The notes beneath the pieces are model-generated. The model was not told the origin of the DNA. It saw nothing but the letters and a program-made list of their open reading frames with translations, and did no database searches. Below, one piece after another: positions 26,615 through 33,407 of a stretch of DNA of 46,817 nt. Source of the DNA: a virus; IMG/VR virus record IMGVR_UViG_3300045988_073363, positions 1 to 46,817 of that record; one strand, 5' to 3'. How positions within the stretch are numbered: the stretch's first letter is position 1; every line of letters starts with the position of its first letter. A program made the translations under genes and the position numbers.

Positions 26615-27006
26615 TTTGCAACATTGCTCTGTCCGAAGAAGAATTTTCCAAGGCTCTTGCCGCTGGCGCTGATGGCATTGCTCTTTTTGAGTACAAAGAC
26701 GGTAAGCCGACCGGCAAAAAGGCTGTTTTCAAGCCTGTGGCAGTCGCTAAGACCATTCACAAGAAAGACGATGCAAAGCAGGAGAAGAAGAGCGACGACA
26801 TCATTCCTGCCTACTACGGCGGCGAGGATAACGCTTATGAAGCAATCAAGGTAATCGACGCTTGGGGGCTTGGTTTTGCTCTTGGCAACGCCGTCAAGTA
26901 CATCTGCCGTGCTGGCAAGAAGAAAGACAACAGCCGAGTGCAAGATTTGACGAAGGCACGTTATTATTTGGAGCACGAGATTAAAACAGAGAAAGGCGGG
27001 GTTTGA
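26611..27006 (+). CDS. DUF3310-like protein.
   Basis: ORF track, 131 aa. YEAIKVIDAWGLGFALGNAVKYICRAGKK..DLTKARYYLEHEI matches the DUF3310 signature as I recall it. Confidence 0.6.
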   Translation: MICNIALSEEEFSKALAAGADGIALFEYKDGKPTGKKAVFKPVAVAKTIHKKDDAKQEKKSDDIIPAYYGGEDNAYEAIKVIDAWGLGFALGNAVKYICRAGKKKDNSRVQDLTKARYYLEHEIKTEKGGV

Positions 27007-27007
27007 T

Positions 27008-27706
27008 ATGCAAGTTGAACTTATCGCGTATTCCACGCCAGCAAACGAGAGATACAAGTACAATCCGATGAAGGTTATTGAGCAATGTGCAAGCGTGTGC
27101 TATGACAGCGAGCCGGATTTTCACGACTATCGCATCGCTAAGGGTTGCGCAAAGACCGGGCACATGAGCGTGTATGAACACGCATACTTCACGTTCCACG
27201 TAAGTGGAATTAGTCGCGCATGTCTGGCACAGTTGTCAAGACACAGGCATATAAGCCTGTCAGTTCGTAGCCAGCGCTATTGCGATGAAAGCGAAAATGG
27301 CATTCTTGGCTGTATCATTCCCAAGGCTTTCAACGACGAGCAGTTTGAAATCGCAATGCAGGCTTACAATGATGAAATCGACATGTATCAAGTCCTGCTG
27401 GCAAGCGGAGCGGCCAAAGAAGATGCTCGAATGGTGCTGCCTAACGCGATGGAAACAGAATTGTACGTGTCGGCCAACGCACGAGCGCTGATTGAAGCAA
27501 GCCATTTGCGGCTGTGCAACAGAGCGCAAGAGGAAATTAGAACGATGTTCGGCAAAATGAAAGAAGAAGTCGAACAAGTTTCTCCCGAAATCGCAAAGAT
27601 GATGGTTCCGCAGTGTGAGGTAAATCCGAGTTATCCGTTCTGTACAGAACGCGAATCCTGCGGCAGACACAAGACACTAAAAGAGGTGTATAAGAGTGAC
27701 GTATAA
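27008..27706 (+). CDS. thyX: FAD-dependent thymidylate synthase ThyX.
   Basis: ORF track, 232 aa. Contains the ThyX motif RHRHISLSVRSQRY (RHRxxSxxxxSxRY). Confidence 0.9.
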   Translation: MQVELIAYSTPANERYKYNPMKVIEQCASVCYDSEPDFHDYRIAKGCAKTGHMSVYEHAYFTFHVSGISRACLAQLSRHRHISLSVRSQRYCDESENGILGCIIPKAFNDEQFEIAMQAYNDEIDMYQVLLASGAAKEDARMVLPNAMETELYVSANARALIEASHLRLCNRAQEEIRTMFGKMKEEVEQVSPEIAKMMVPQCEVNPSYPFCTERESCGRHKTLKEVYKSDV

Positions 27707-28022
27707 CGCGCAAAAAGTCTCGAAATACTGTGACGAGATGTCCGATAAATACGGAGCTGGCGAATGCGAGAAGCATTGCACCGTAGCAGACCTCTGCGAG
27801 CGCTGTGATGGCGATTTTGACAGCCTGATTGATAATGATACCACCTACGCAGACAGAGCCGTAGAAAGACTCGACAAGCACCACGCAGACGATGTTGCGA
27901 ATAGCGTTCTGGTGGAGTATTACAAGAAAGAACTGGAAAAACGCGACCAAGAGGTTGCTGCGCTAAAAGAGATGAACATGATTCTGGCAGAGAGCATCAG
28001 GAACCTGTCAAGCAAGGGGTGA
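27696..28022 (+). CDS. Hypothetical protein.
   Basis: ORF track, 108 aa. GTG start with AGAGGTG 7 nt upstream. Confidence 0.55.
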   Translation: MTYNAQKVSKYCDEMSDKYGAGECEKHCTVADLCERCDGDFDSLIDNDTTYADRAVERLDKHHADDVANSVLVEYYKKELEKRDQEVAALKEMNMILAESIRNLSSKG

Positions 28023-28029
28023 ACAAACA

Positions 28030-28248
28030 ATGGGGGCTGTAATTCTCGCAATGCTGTTTATCTCGCTGTATTTTTCAATCGGCATCGTGGTTACGTGGTT
28101 CGTGGTGCAGTTTATCACGGGAGACAAATACGAGAGCATGACATATTTCATTGTTGTGCTGATTTGGCCTGTAATTGCGTTCACATTGCTGCTTGGCTTG
28201 ATTGTTGGACTAGTGCTAAGAGCAATCGAAAAGAACAAAAAATCCTAA
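28030..28248 (+). CDS. Small membrane protein with two TM helices.
   Basis: ORF track, 72 aa, strongly hydrophobic. Confidence 0.6.
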   Translation: MGAVILAMLFISLYFSIGIVVTWFVVQFITGDKYESMTYFIVVLIWPVIAFTLLLGLIVGLVLRAIEKNKKS

Positions 28249-28295
28249 ATTTGCAACAAAAGTCCATTGAAATTGCTTGCCGAGTATGGTAAGAT
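28249..28295 (+). promoter_or_regulatory. Promoter with a conserved upstream box (copy 2), driving the tRNA island.
   Basis: ATTTGCAACA-N3-GTCCATT, then TTGAAA - 17 nt - TAAGAT preceded by ATGG. Confidence 0.55.
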
Positions 28296-28540
28296 ATAAG
28301 TGTTCCAAGGGAACAAACCAGATAGCCATTTGAACGATTGCCGTCTGGGGATGAACTGCTGTGTGAGTTCTGCCGGTTGCCGCCGATAATCTTAAAGCAC
28401 AGATTTCCTACTGCTGGGAATACTCCGATGCCATGAGCAAGGAACGGCGGATTCTGCCGACATAGCGACTGTTCGCGCTCGCTTTCAACTTTACGGCAAC
28501 TTACAGAGCAGCCGTAAAAGAGAGTTGGTCGGCATTATAT

Positions 28541-28615
28541 TGCGGATTAGCCAAGTGGTAAGGCACGGGACTTTGACTCCCTGATTCGCTGGTTCGAGTC
28601 CAGCATTCGCAACCA
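28541..28615 (+). tRNA. tRNA-Gln (anticodon UUG), CCA encoded.
   Basis: Manual cloverleaf: acceptor TGCGGAT/ATTCGCA (U1-A72, as in bacterial tRNA-Gln), D-arm GCC-AAGTGGTAA-GGC, anticodon arm CGGGA-CTTTGAC-TCCCT, T-arm GCTGG-TTCGAGT-CCAGC. Confidence 0.85.
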
Positions 28616-28753
28616 CGTTTACTTGTCCATAAGTAAACCTCCTATTCAGCACGAGGGTTTTCGTGTTCATTTTACCTCGTGCGCGAGCATTTTATACCTC
28701 CGCCCCGATATGCGTATTCAGTCCGTGGGGTTCAAGACGCAGCGGACTATTAT

Positions 28754-28823
28754 GGTTTCTTGGTTTAAGCAAAGCAGTTGTCCATGGCAACAGATGATGG
28801 TGCAAATCCATCAGAAACCACCA
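28754..28823 (+). ncRNA. tRNA-like element with a reduced D-arm (anticodon-position CAU), ending ACCA.
   Basis: Perfect 7-bp acceptor GGTTTCT/AGAAACC followed by A-CCA. T-arm-like GATGG-TGCAAAT-CCATC. Anticodon-like arm (A)GTTG-TCCATGG-CAAC(A). The D region is only a 3-bp stem with a 4-nt loop and has no GG. Confidence 0.4.
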
Positions 28824-28939
28824 CCGGGTTCTCCATGCCCGAATTCTCCTTTATACGTTCTCCAAAGTTTGCCGCAGACTTATAGCAGTTGAGGTTTAGG
28901 CACTTCCCTTAACTGTGAGTTAGAAGCGGCAATTTTCAT

Positions 28940-29015
28940 GCTGGATTATCTCAACTGGTAGAGAACCTGTTTTGTAATCAGGAGGTTCGGGGTTCAAGTC
29001 CTCGATTCAGCACCA
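28940..29015 (+). tRNA. tRNA-Thr (anticodon UGU), CCA encoded.
   Basis: Manual cloverleaf: acceptor GCTGGAT/ATTCAGC, D-arm TCTC-AACTGGTA-GAGA, anticodon arm CCTGT-TTTGTAA-TCAGG, T-arm CGGGG-TTCAAGT-CCTCG. Confidence 0.8.
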
Positions 29016-29327
29016 AGGCCGATGATACGGGTAAAGGTAGCAGGGCCGGACGCGGCAATTGTGTTCCCCGTTAGGCGACCCCAGCGAGCCTACTGACAGT
29101 GCGTAACATGCTGGGCTTTTAACAGGCTTACGCAAAGTAGTTTTGCCAAAGAAACTTGCGAAACGAAAGCGTAAGCCTTATATATCCCGCACAGCTAACT
29201 TTATGCCGGTGGAGCAAATAGCGTAGATGTCGGCATAATGGACAAGAGCGGCTCGCACCAAAGCAACGGCGAGCAGTCAGGAGCAAGACCTGCGTGTGGG
29301 CTTAATTTGAATTTAGAGGTGCAGATA

Positions 29328-29669
29328 GTGGACACTAAAACTGTCAATGTTCTCGGAACTGATTACAGCGTAATTTTAGCCAACGAGCAGGAAGAGCCAA
29401 GACTATGCAACGTTGATGGATTTTGCGATGATTCTGCAAAAGAAATCTATGTTGACGACATGAGCAAGGCTGCTCAATCGCCAGACAGCAAGAAAGACCT
29501 TTTAGCTTACAGAAACAAAGTAATTCGGCACGAACTTACGCACGCAATGCTTTCTGAAAGCGGTTTACAATCAGAGTCGGATTGGGCTAGGAATGAAGAA
29601 ATCGTTGACTGGATTGCCATTCAAGGCCCGAAACTCGCAAAGCTGTGGGAGAGCGCTAAATGTCTTTAA
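29328..29669 (+). CDS. HExxH zinc-metallopeptidase-like protein.
   Basis: ORF track 29238..29669. The probable start is GTG 29328, with AGAGGTG 6 nt upstream. Contains the motif IRHELTHAML. Confidence 0.55.
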   Translation: MDTKTVNVLGTDYSVILANEQEEPRLCNVDGFCDDSAKEIYVDDMSKAAQSPDSKKDLLAYRNKVIRHELTHAMLSESGLQSESDWARNEEIVDWIAIQGPKLAKLWESAKCL

Positions 29670-29815
29670 TCATCAACTGCATCCAAGCAGTAGCAGTCGT
29701 AATTATTATGATTCTTTGCTTTATTGCGGGCTACGAATCAGGCAAGAACGATGCCACTACGCACAGCAAACGCCGTGAATATCCTATCGTGATGGAGCAC
29801 AAGCACGGCGAATAA
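29660..29815 (+). CDS. 51-aa membrane peptide.
   Basis: Manual ORF whose ATG overlaps the end of the upstream gene. TM helix IQAVAVVIIMILCFIAGY. TAA at 29813-15. Confidence 0.45.
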   Translation: MSLIINCIQAVAVVIIMILCFIAGYESGKNDATTHSKRREYPIVMEHKHGE

Positions 29816-29860
29816 ACTTAGCCATTCTCTTGCGGTTTTCATATTCAGTATCCTTTCGGG

Positions 29861-29893
29861 AAAAGACCTCTAGCTGCAACTAGGGGTCTTTTT
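29861..29893 (+). terminator. Intrinsic terminator of the plus-strand arm.
   Basis: Stem gacctctag/ctaggggtc (9 bp, one G-U pair) followed by T5; an A-run precedes it. Confidence 0.7.
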
Positions 29894-29915
29894 CTATGCA
29901 GATAGGGCTTGATTT

Positions 29916-29944
29916 TTGCCGCAAGCCGCAAATGGTGATAGAAT
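29916..29944 (+). promoter_or_regulatory. Promoter of small-RNA unit 1.
   Basis: TTGCCG - 17 nt - TAGAAT with a TGn extension. Confidence 0.5.
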
Positions 29945-29950
29945 ATAGAC

Positions 29951-30039
29951 GGGTGACAGGGTTTGACGCGCTGTTTGTCATAAAGCAGAACTCCTTTTCT
30001 CGAAAAAGGCTCTTGCGAGTAATCGCAGGGGTCTTTTTT
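29951..30039 (+). ncRNA. Candidate small RNA 1 (about 90 nt, promoter to terminator).
   Basis: Bounded by the promoter above and a 12-bp terminator stem aggctcttgcga/tcgcaggggtct followed by T6. Contains internal hairpins (ccttttctcgaaaagg). No SD or plausible ORF. Confidence 0.45.
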
Positions 30040-30040
30040 C

Positions 30041-30069
30041 TTGCAATCAGAGCGGAATCGTGGTACAAT
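30041..30069 (+). promoter_or_regulatory. Promoter of small-RNA unit 2.
   Basis: TTGCAA - 17 nt - TACAAT with a TGn extension. Confidence 0.55.
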
Positions 30070-30075
30070 GGAGAT

Positions 30076-30146
30076 GCTAACAATCCTAGTTGGGGATTTT
30101 TCCAACTCAAAGGCTTTTACGGATAAAACCGTGGAAGCCTTTTTTA
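30076..30146 (+). ncRNA. Candidate small RNA 2 (about 70 nt).
   Basis: Hairpin agttgg-ggattttt-ccaact, then terminator aggcttttacgg/ccgtggaagcct followed by T5. No plausible ORF. Confidence 0.45.
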
Positions 30147-30174
30147 TTTTCGCGCGAATTTTTGAAATGGCAAT

Positions 30175-30260
30175 AGGGGAGAAGCTAAATTCGAGTTAAG
30201 CAAACGAAAAGAGGGGAAAGACAGGAAAGGGGACTAATAGGGGATAGAATAGATAGGGGA
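30175..30260 (+). repeat. Cluster of five direct AGGGGA motifs (three as ATAGGGGA) next to an AT-rich tract.
   Basis: Copies at 30175, 30212, 30228, 30239 and 30255, followed by the AT-rich stretch 30261-30305. Confidence 0.7.
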
Positions 30261-30452
30261 ATTATATTATTATTAAAGCAAATTGTCTTTTTATTTAAAA
30301 TTTGGTGAGAGAGATAATACTATGGGGCGGCGGCGCTGCCAGACCCCCGGCCCCCGGCTCATGTTCCACCGCATACGACGCGCCGCGACGTGGCAAAGAA
30401 CGCAAAGAAAGCAATTGCTAATTGCCATTTATGCCACAAATACGCTACAATA

Positions 30453-30600
30453 GCCCTATAAAGCCCTATAAACGGCTTGCAATGCCATAGGCATATACTT
30501 TTATACCTTGCATATAAAACGCCTTAAAACGCTTCTCAGCACCATTATAGCGCATATGGCTATATAGTGCCCTATATTATGCCCTATCCCCTACCCTACC
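30453..30600 (-). repeat. Cluster of GCCCTAT(A) motifs (the reverse complement of ATAGGGC) plus one TCCCCT.
   Basis: GCCCTATA at 30453, 30463 and 30569; GCCCTAT at 30581; TCCCCTACCCTA at 30587. Orientation is opposite to the 30175-30260 cluster. Confidence 0.65.
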
Positions 30601-30663
30601 GCGCTATACATGCCAACAAATAACGCTTATATATCTCATCCCTTGCCAACTCTGAGTTAAACC

Positions 30664-30691
30664 AAAAAAAGAGGGCTGCAAAACAGCCCCC
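30664..30691 (-). terminator. Intrinsic terminator of the minus-strand early arm.
   Basis: Minus strand reads gggggctg-ttttg-cagccctc followed by T7. Confidence 0.7.
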
Positions 30692-30771
30692 TAAAATCTA
30701 TCTTGCGTGGTATCCTTGACCCTTGCCAATGAATGCAGAATCAAACCAGCGCAAAAGCAGAATAGCTAGTA

Positions 30772-30873
30772 TCAATGCTTTTTGCCCCCTTTGCTGTACA
30801 GGTAAACGCCAAACTCGCATAGCCCAGGAACTACCATAAAATATACCAGGATAGCAAACACGCCCATATACAT
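30772..30873 (-). CDS. 33-aa hydrophobic peptide.
   Basis: The ATG at 30873 has GGAAGGAG 9 nt upstream. MYMGVFAILVYFMVVPGLCEFGVYLYSKGGKKH. Preferred over the 66-aa track ORF 30698..30898, which has no RBS. Confidence 0.45.
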   Translation of the reverse strand: MYMGVFAILVYFMVVPGLCEFGVYLYSKGGKKH

Positions 30874-30876
30874 GCT

Positions 30877-31275
30877 TCAAATCTCCTTCCCGGTGCAACC
30901 GTCAACCCATTCACCGCGCCCAAGATTGACAGCGGTAACATGTGCCGGGTTGCTCGTAAACCATTTTTTGAGTCTTGCAATAGTTGAATCGGTCAAGCCA
31001 ATTTCGCGCATTGCCATTGTTACCTGACGGCTAGTTGTACGGCTATAATTTATAGCCGCGTCCGCGTTGCGTGTGCTGATTTCCTCCACACCATAAGCGG
31101 TTATATGCGCCGTAAAAATGCGGCTTGAATAACTGACCATTGTAAAATAGTTGCCCTCTTTTTCGCGTATCCAGCCCGCTTGTGCGTATGGCATATAGCG
31201 CAGCCTGTTTGCAACCTCAACGCATTTATAAGTTTCATAATAGCCGCCGTGGATTTCGTGTGCTGTGTAAGTCAT
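30877..31275 (-). CDS. Hypothetical protein.
   Basis: ORF track, 132 aa. The ATG has GGAGG 8 nt upstream. Confidence 0.65.
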   Translation of the reverse strand: MTYTAHEIHGGYYETYKCVEVANRLRYMPYAQAGWIREKEGNYFTMVSYSSRIFTAHITAYGVEEISTRNADAAINYSRTTSRQVTMAMREIGLTDSTIARLKKWFTSNPAHVTAVNLGRGEWVDGCTGKEI

Positions 31276-31298
31276 AATAAAACCTCCATAAATTGTAT

Positions 31299-31493
31299 TT
31301 AGAATTTAATTTTAAAGTAGTTCCCAGCGTGATAAATTGTGTCTTTGCGCGGTGCTACTACTTTTTTACCGTTATAATAGGTTGCTGTCTCTTGACGCTC
31401 GGCGCGGTACAAATAAGCGCCAGAGCCGTCTCGCGTGATTCTTTGCGGGCTGCCGCAAAACTTGCCAACCGCCCGCCGCGTTATCATTTCCAT
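31299..31493 (-). CDS. Hypothetical small basic protein.
   Basis: ORF track, 64 aa. The ATG has AGGGGG 8 nt upstream. Confidence 0.55.
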   Translation of the reverse strand: MEMITRRAVGKFCGSPQRITRDGSGAYLYRAERQETATYYNGKKVVAPRKDTIYHAGNYFKIKF

Positions 31494-31774
31494 TATAAAA
31501 CCCCCTTAAAATGTTTTTGTTTTGCTAGATTCTATAATGGATTATAACACACTCAATTCATTTACTACATAGACAATTATCTCATAGTTATAGATTATAG
31601 TTGCAATTAGTATAATATATTATAATTCCCAGTTTTCCCACATTTTGACAACGTGTCACATTGCATTGCATTACATTTTCCACCACTTTTACATATTTAC
31701 CATATTTTACCATTTATTCCACTTTTTCCCATTCTTGCCAGCTATACCAATTTTCCAGTCAATATAATAATTAC

Positions 31775-31813
31775 TATACGATATACGATATACGATTGTG
31801 CTATACGATACGA
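31775..31813 (+). repeat. TATACGA heptad array: three perfect tandem copies, one more complete copy and a partial.
   Basis: TATACGA at 31775, 31782, 31789 and 31802; TACGA at 31809. Further ACGAT(A) copies lie at 31837, 31844, 31872 and 31903. Confidence 0.75.
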
Positions 31814-31916
31814 TTCAACCACTCCCCTGCCCTGCTACGATTGACGATACAGCAAAAGCGCTTGCATCATTACGATACAAGCGCCCTGCTATATTCACAC
31901 ACACGATAGAGACTAC

Positions 31917-32150
31917 TTAAAAACCATTATTCCATGCCGTCCAGCCGAAACTTGACAAATCCGCTTTGTCCTGCTCTAGCTGCTCTTTGCGCTGTTCAAG
32001 CTGTTCTTTTTCGTCAAGCAGATTGTAGACTTCATCTGTTCCCTGTTCCATGTATTCCAGCTGTTCTTCAATTTCATCCAGCCTATAACCGATGTCCTCT
32101 ATTTCCGAGTCAATATTGTCAATCTGTTCTGCCCGCATTGCATAACTCAT
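31917..32150 (-). CDS. Small, highly acidic coiled-coil protein.
   Basis: ORF track, 77 aa, E/D/Q-rich (EIEDIGYRLDEIEEQLEYMEQGTDE). Confidence 0.6.
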   Translation of the reverse strand: MSYAMRAEQIDNIDSEIEDIGYRLDEIEEQLEYMEQGTDEVYNLLDEKEQLEQRKEQLEQDKADLSSFGWTAWNNGF

Positions 32151-32152
32151 AG

Positions 32153-32272
32153 TTAGTATTTTCTCCTTCCGTAGTAGTGTCCGCTATTCCGTTTGTAGCG
32201 TCCTTTGTTTACTGGGATATAACTTTCTGTCCAGTTGTCGAAAAGTTTCAAACACAAGAAAAGCAAAAACAT
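32153..32272 (-). CDS. Possible 39-aa peptide with a hydrophobic N-terminus and a basic C-terminus.
   Basis: Manual ORF. The ATG at 32272 has AAGAGG 8 nt upstream. Ends at TAA 32153-55. Confidence 0.3.
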   Translation of the reverse strand: MFLLFLCLKLFDNWTESYIPVNKGRYKRNSGHYYGRRKY

Positions 32273-32286
32273 TTATCAAGCCTCTT

Positions 32287-32565
32287 TCAATGAATTAAAA
32301 ACCGCTTTACTTCCGATACTCGCACAAAACCATGATACACTGTTGGCAATTCCTGCTTTAGTTTTGCCGCGTCCAGCGTCTCCCTCTTTGCTTTACTTTC
32401 TTGAATCTTGTACTCCCCTGCCGTGAAAGTATTCCCCCCACGTTCTGCAAGTTCATCAAGCAAAAGCGCTTTAATGCGCTCCTGATGTTTGTTTATTTCC
32501 TCCATCTGTCTTTTATTCCGCTTGTACTCGCTGCACAGTATTTCAATTTCTTTTTCGTTCATCAT
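32287..32565 (-). CDS. Hypothetical protein.
   Basis: ORF track, 92 aa. Its start overlaps the stop of 32562..33407. Confidence 0.6.
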   Translation of the reverse strand: MMNEKEIEILCSEYKRNKRQMEEINKHQERIKALLLDELAERGGNTFTAGEYKIQESKAKRETLDAAKLKQELPTVYHGFVRVSEVKRFLIH

Positions 32566-33407
32566 TTTGCTGCCCCCTTGATAGTTTCGACCATCTTTTC
32601 GCCACTGGTTAAGTCACTGTTATTGCAAAGTTCTTGCATATAAACGCAAGCCGCGTATTTATAATCTTTCTTGACTTTCTGTTCAAACTTTGCTTTCACT
32701 TTTTCGTCACTGATTGCCACCTTTCCATACCCCCATGTACTGTAATTCCATGCTTTCTCGTTGTTAAGGTTAGGCGCGGGGCAAGTCTCGATATACTTAA
32801 ACCCAAGTCGGCGAAACATGCCCATATGTGCCAGCGTAAACGATAGCCGCCCTGCGTCTATGTTCTCGCTTGCCCTCTTTAAGACAATCTCAGGGCAGAT
32901 AATCAGCTCAGGACTGCCATCAATCTTGTCTGCAAAACCAGTGATAATCTGCACTCTAGTCCCCTGCCGCTCAATTTCCCTCACTGCCTGATACAAATAG
33001 CGTCCACACTCCATGTAGCGCTGCCGCTTGACTCTCGCAGTGACACACATGTCAATAAACAGCGTCAAAACCTTTTGCTTTTGCGGTACTCTGTAAACCT
33101 GCCGCATGGAGTCCGGCAATCCCTGCATAGCCCTTGCTACGTTAGGACTGCCGCCAACATAGTAATTCCGCACTATTGCTTTGTTTGCCGGTGCGCTAAA
33201 GTCGTTCCCACAGCTATTGATTGCTGCAATCCCACTATCCCATCCATTGACAAACAGCTCTGCCGCCTGTTTAAAGTCCTTTGTGCCAGTAAAGTCTTCG
33301 CTGTTCGTCTCGCTGTCGTTTTCATCGTGGAAAGTCTTATTGTTAGGCGCAGTCGTGATAAAGTTGTAAAAGTCCATCATAGTGTTGAATTTTTGAGTGT
33401 AGAACAT
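32562..33407 (-). CDS. Hypothetical 281-aa partner of the AAA_5 ATPase; possibly a degenerate vWA/CobT-like fold.
   Basis: ORF track. Its start lies 1 nt after the ATPase stop. I saw no clear MIDAS motif (LFIDMCVTA sits at the expected place). Confidence 0.35.
   Translation of the reverse strand: MFYTQKFNTMMDFYNFITTAPNNKTFHDENDSETNSEDFTGTKDFKQAAELFVNGWDSGIAAINSCGNDFSAPANKAIVRNYYVGGSPNVARAMQGLPDSMRQVYRVPQKQKVLTLFIDMCVTARVKRQRYMECGRYLYQAVREIERQGTRVQIITGFADKIDGSPELIICPEIVLKRASENIDAGRLSFTLAHMGMFRRLGFKYIETCPAPNLNNEKAWNYSTWGYGKVAISDEKVKAKFEQKVKKDYKYAACVYMQELCNNSDLTSGEKMVETIKGAAK

Noticed and set aside
28541-28615. tRNA-Gln as a possible amber suppressor.
   Set aside because: The anticodon loop reads C-U-UUG-A-C, so the anticodon is UUG (a CAA/CAG reader). 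Nothing about it is suppressor-like.
28623-28892. 89-aa plus-strand ORF inside the tRNA island, and the N-terminal extension 29238..29327 of the HExxH gene.
   Set aside because: There is no RBS and the composition is not protein-like. The ORF also overlaps the tRNA-like element and several perfect hairpins. The HExxH gene has a well-placed GTG with AGAGGTG at 29328.
29085-29262. GCGAGCC ... GGCTCGC-ACCA as the acceptor stem of a giant tRNA- or tmRNA-like RNA.
   Set aside because: The two halves are about 170 nt apart. There is no recognisable T-arm before the 3' half, no D-arm after the 5' half and no tag-peptide-like ORF. It is probably just one of many long-range complementarities in this structured region.
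29845-30126. Three overlapping 76-86-aa ORFs on both strands.
   Set aside because: They have no RBS and are mutually overlapping. The region is better explained by two promoter/terminator-bounded small-RNA units.
30698-30898. 66-aa minus-strand ORF after 30877..31275.
   Set aside because: It has no RBS and a poor composition. A 33-aa hydrophobic ORF in another frame (30772..30873) has a strong GGAAGGAG RBS and is preferred, though it remains low-confidence.
31653-31909. Plus-strand ORFs of 63 and 82 aa in the AT-rich island.
   Set aside because: They are low-complexity translations of T-tract and heptad repeats, start at alternative start codons and have no RBS.
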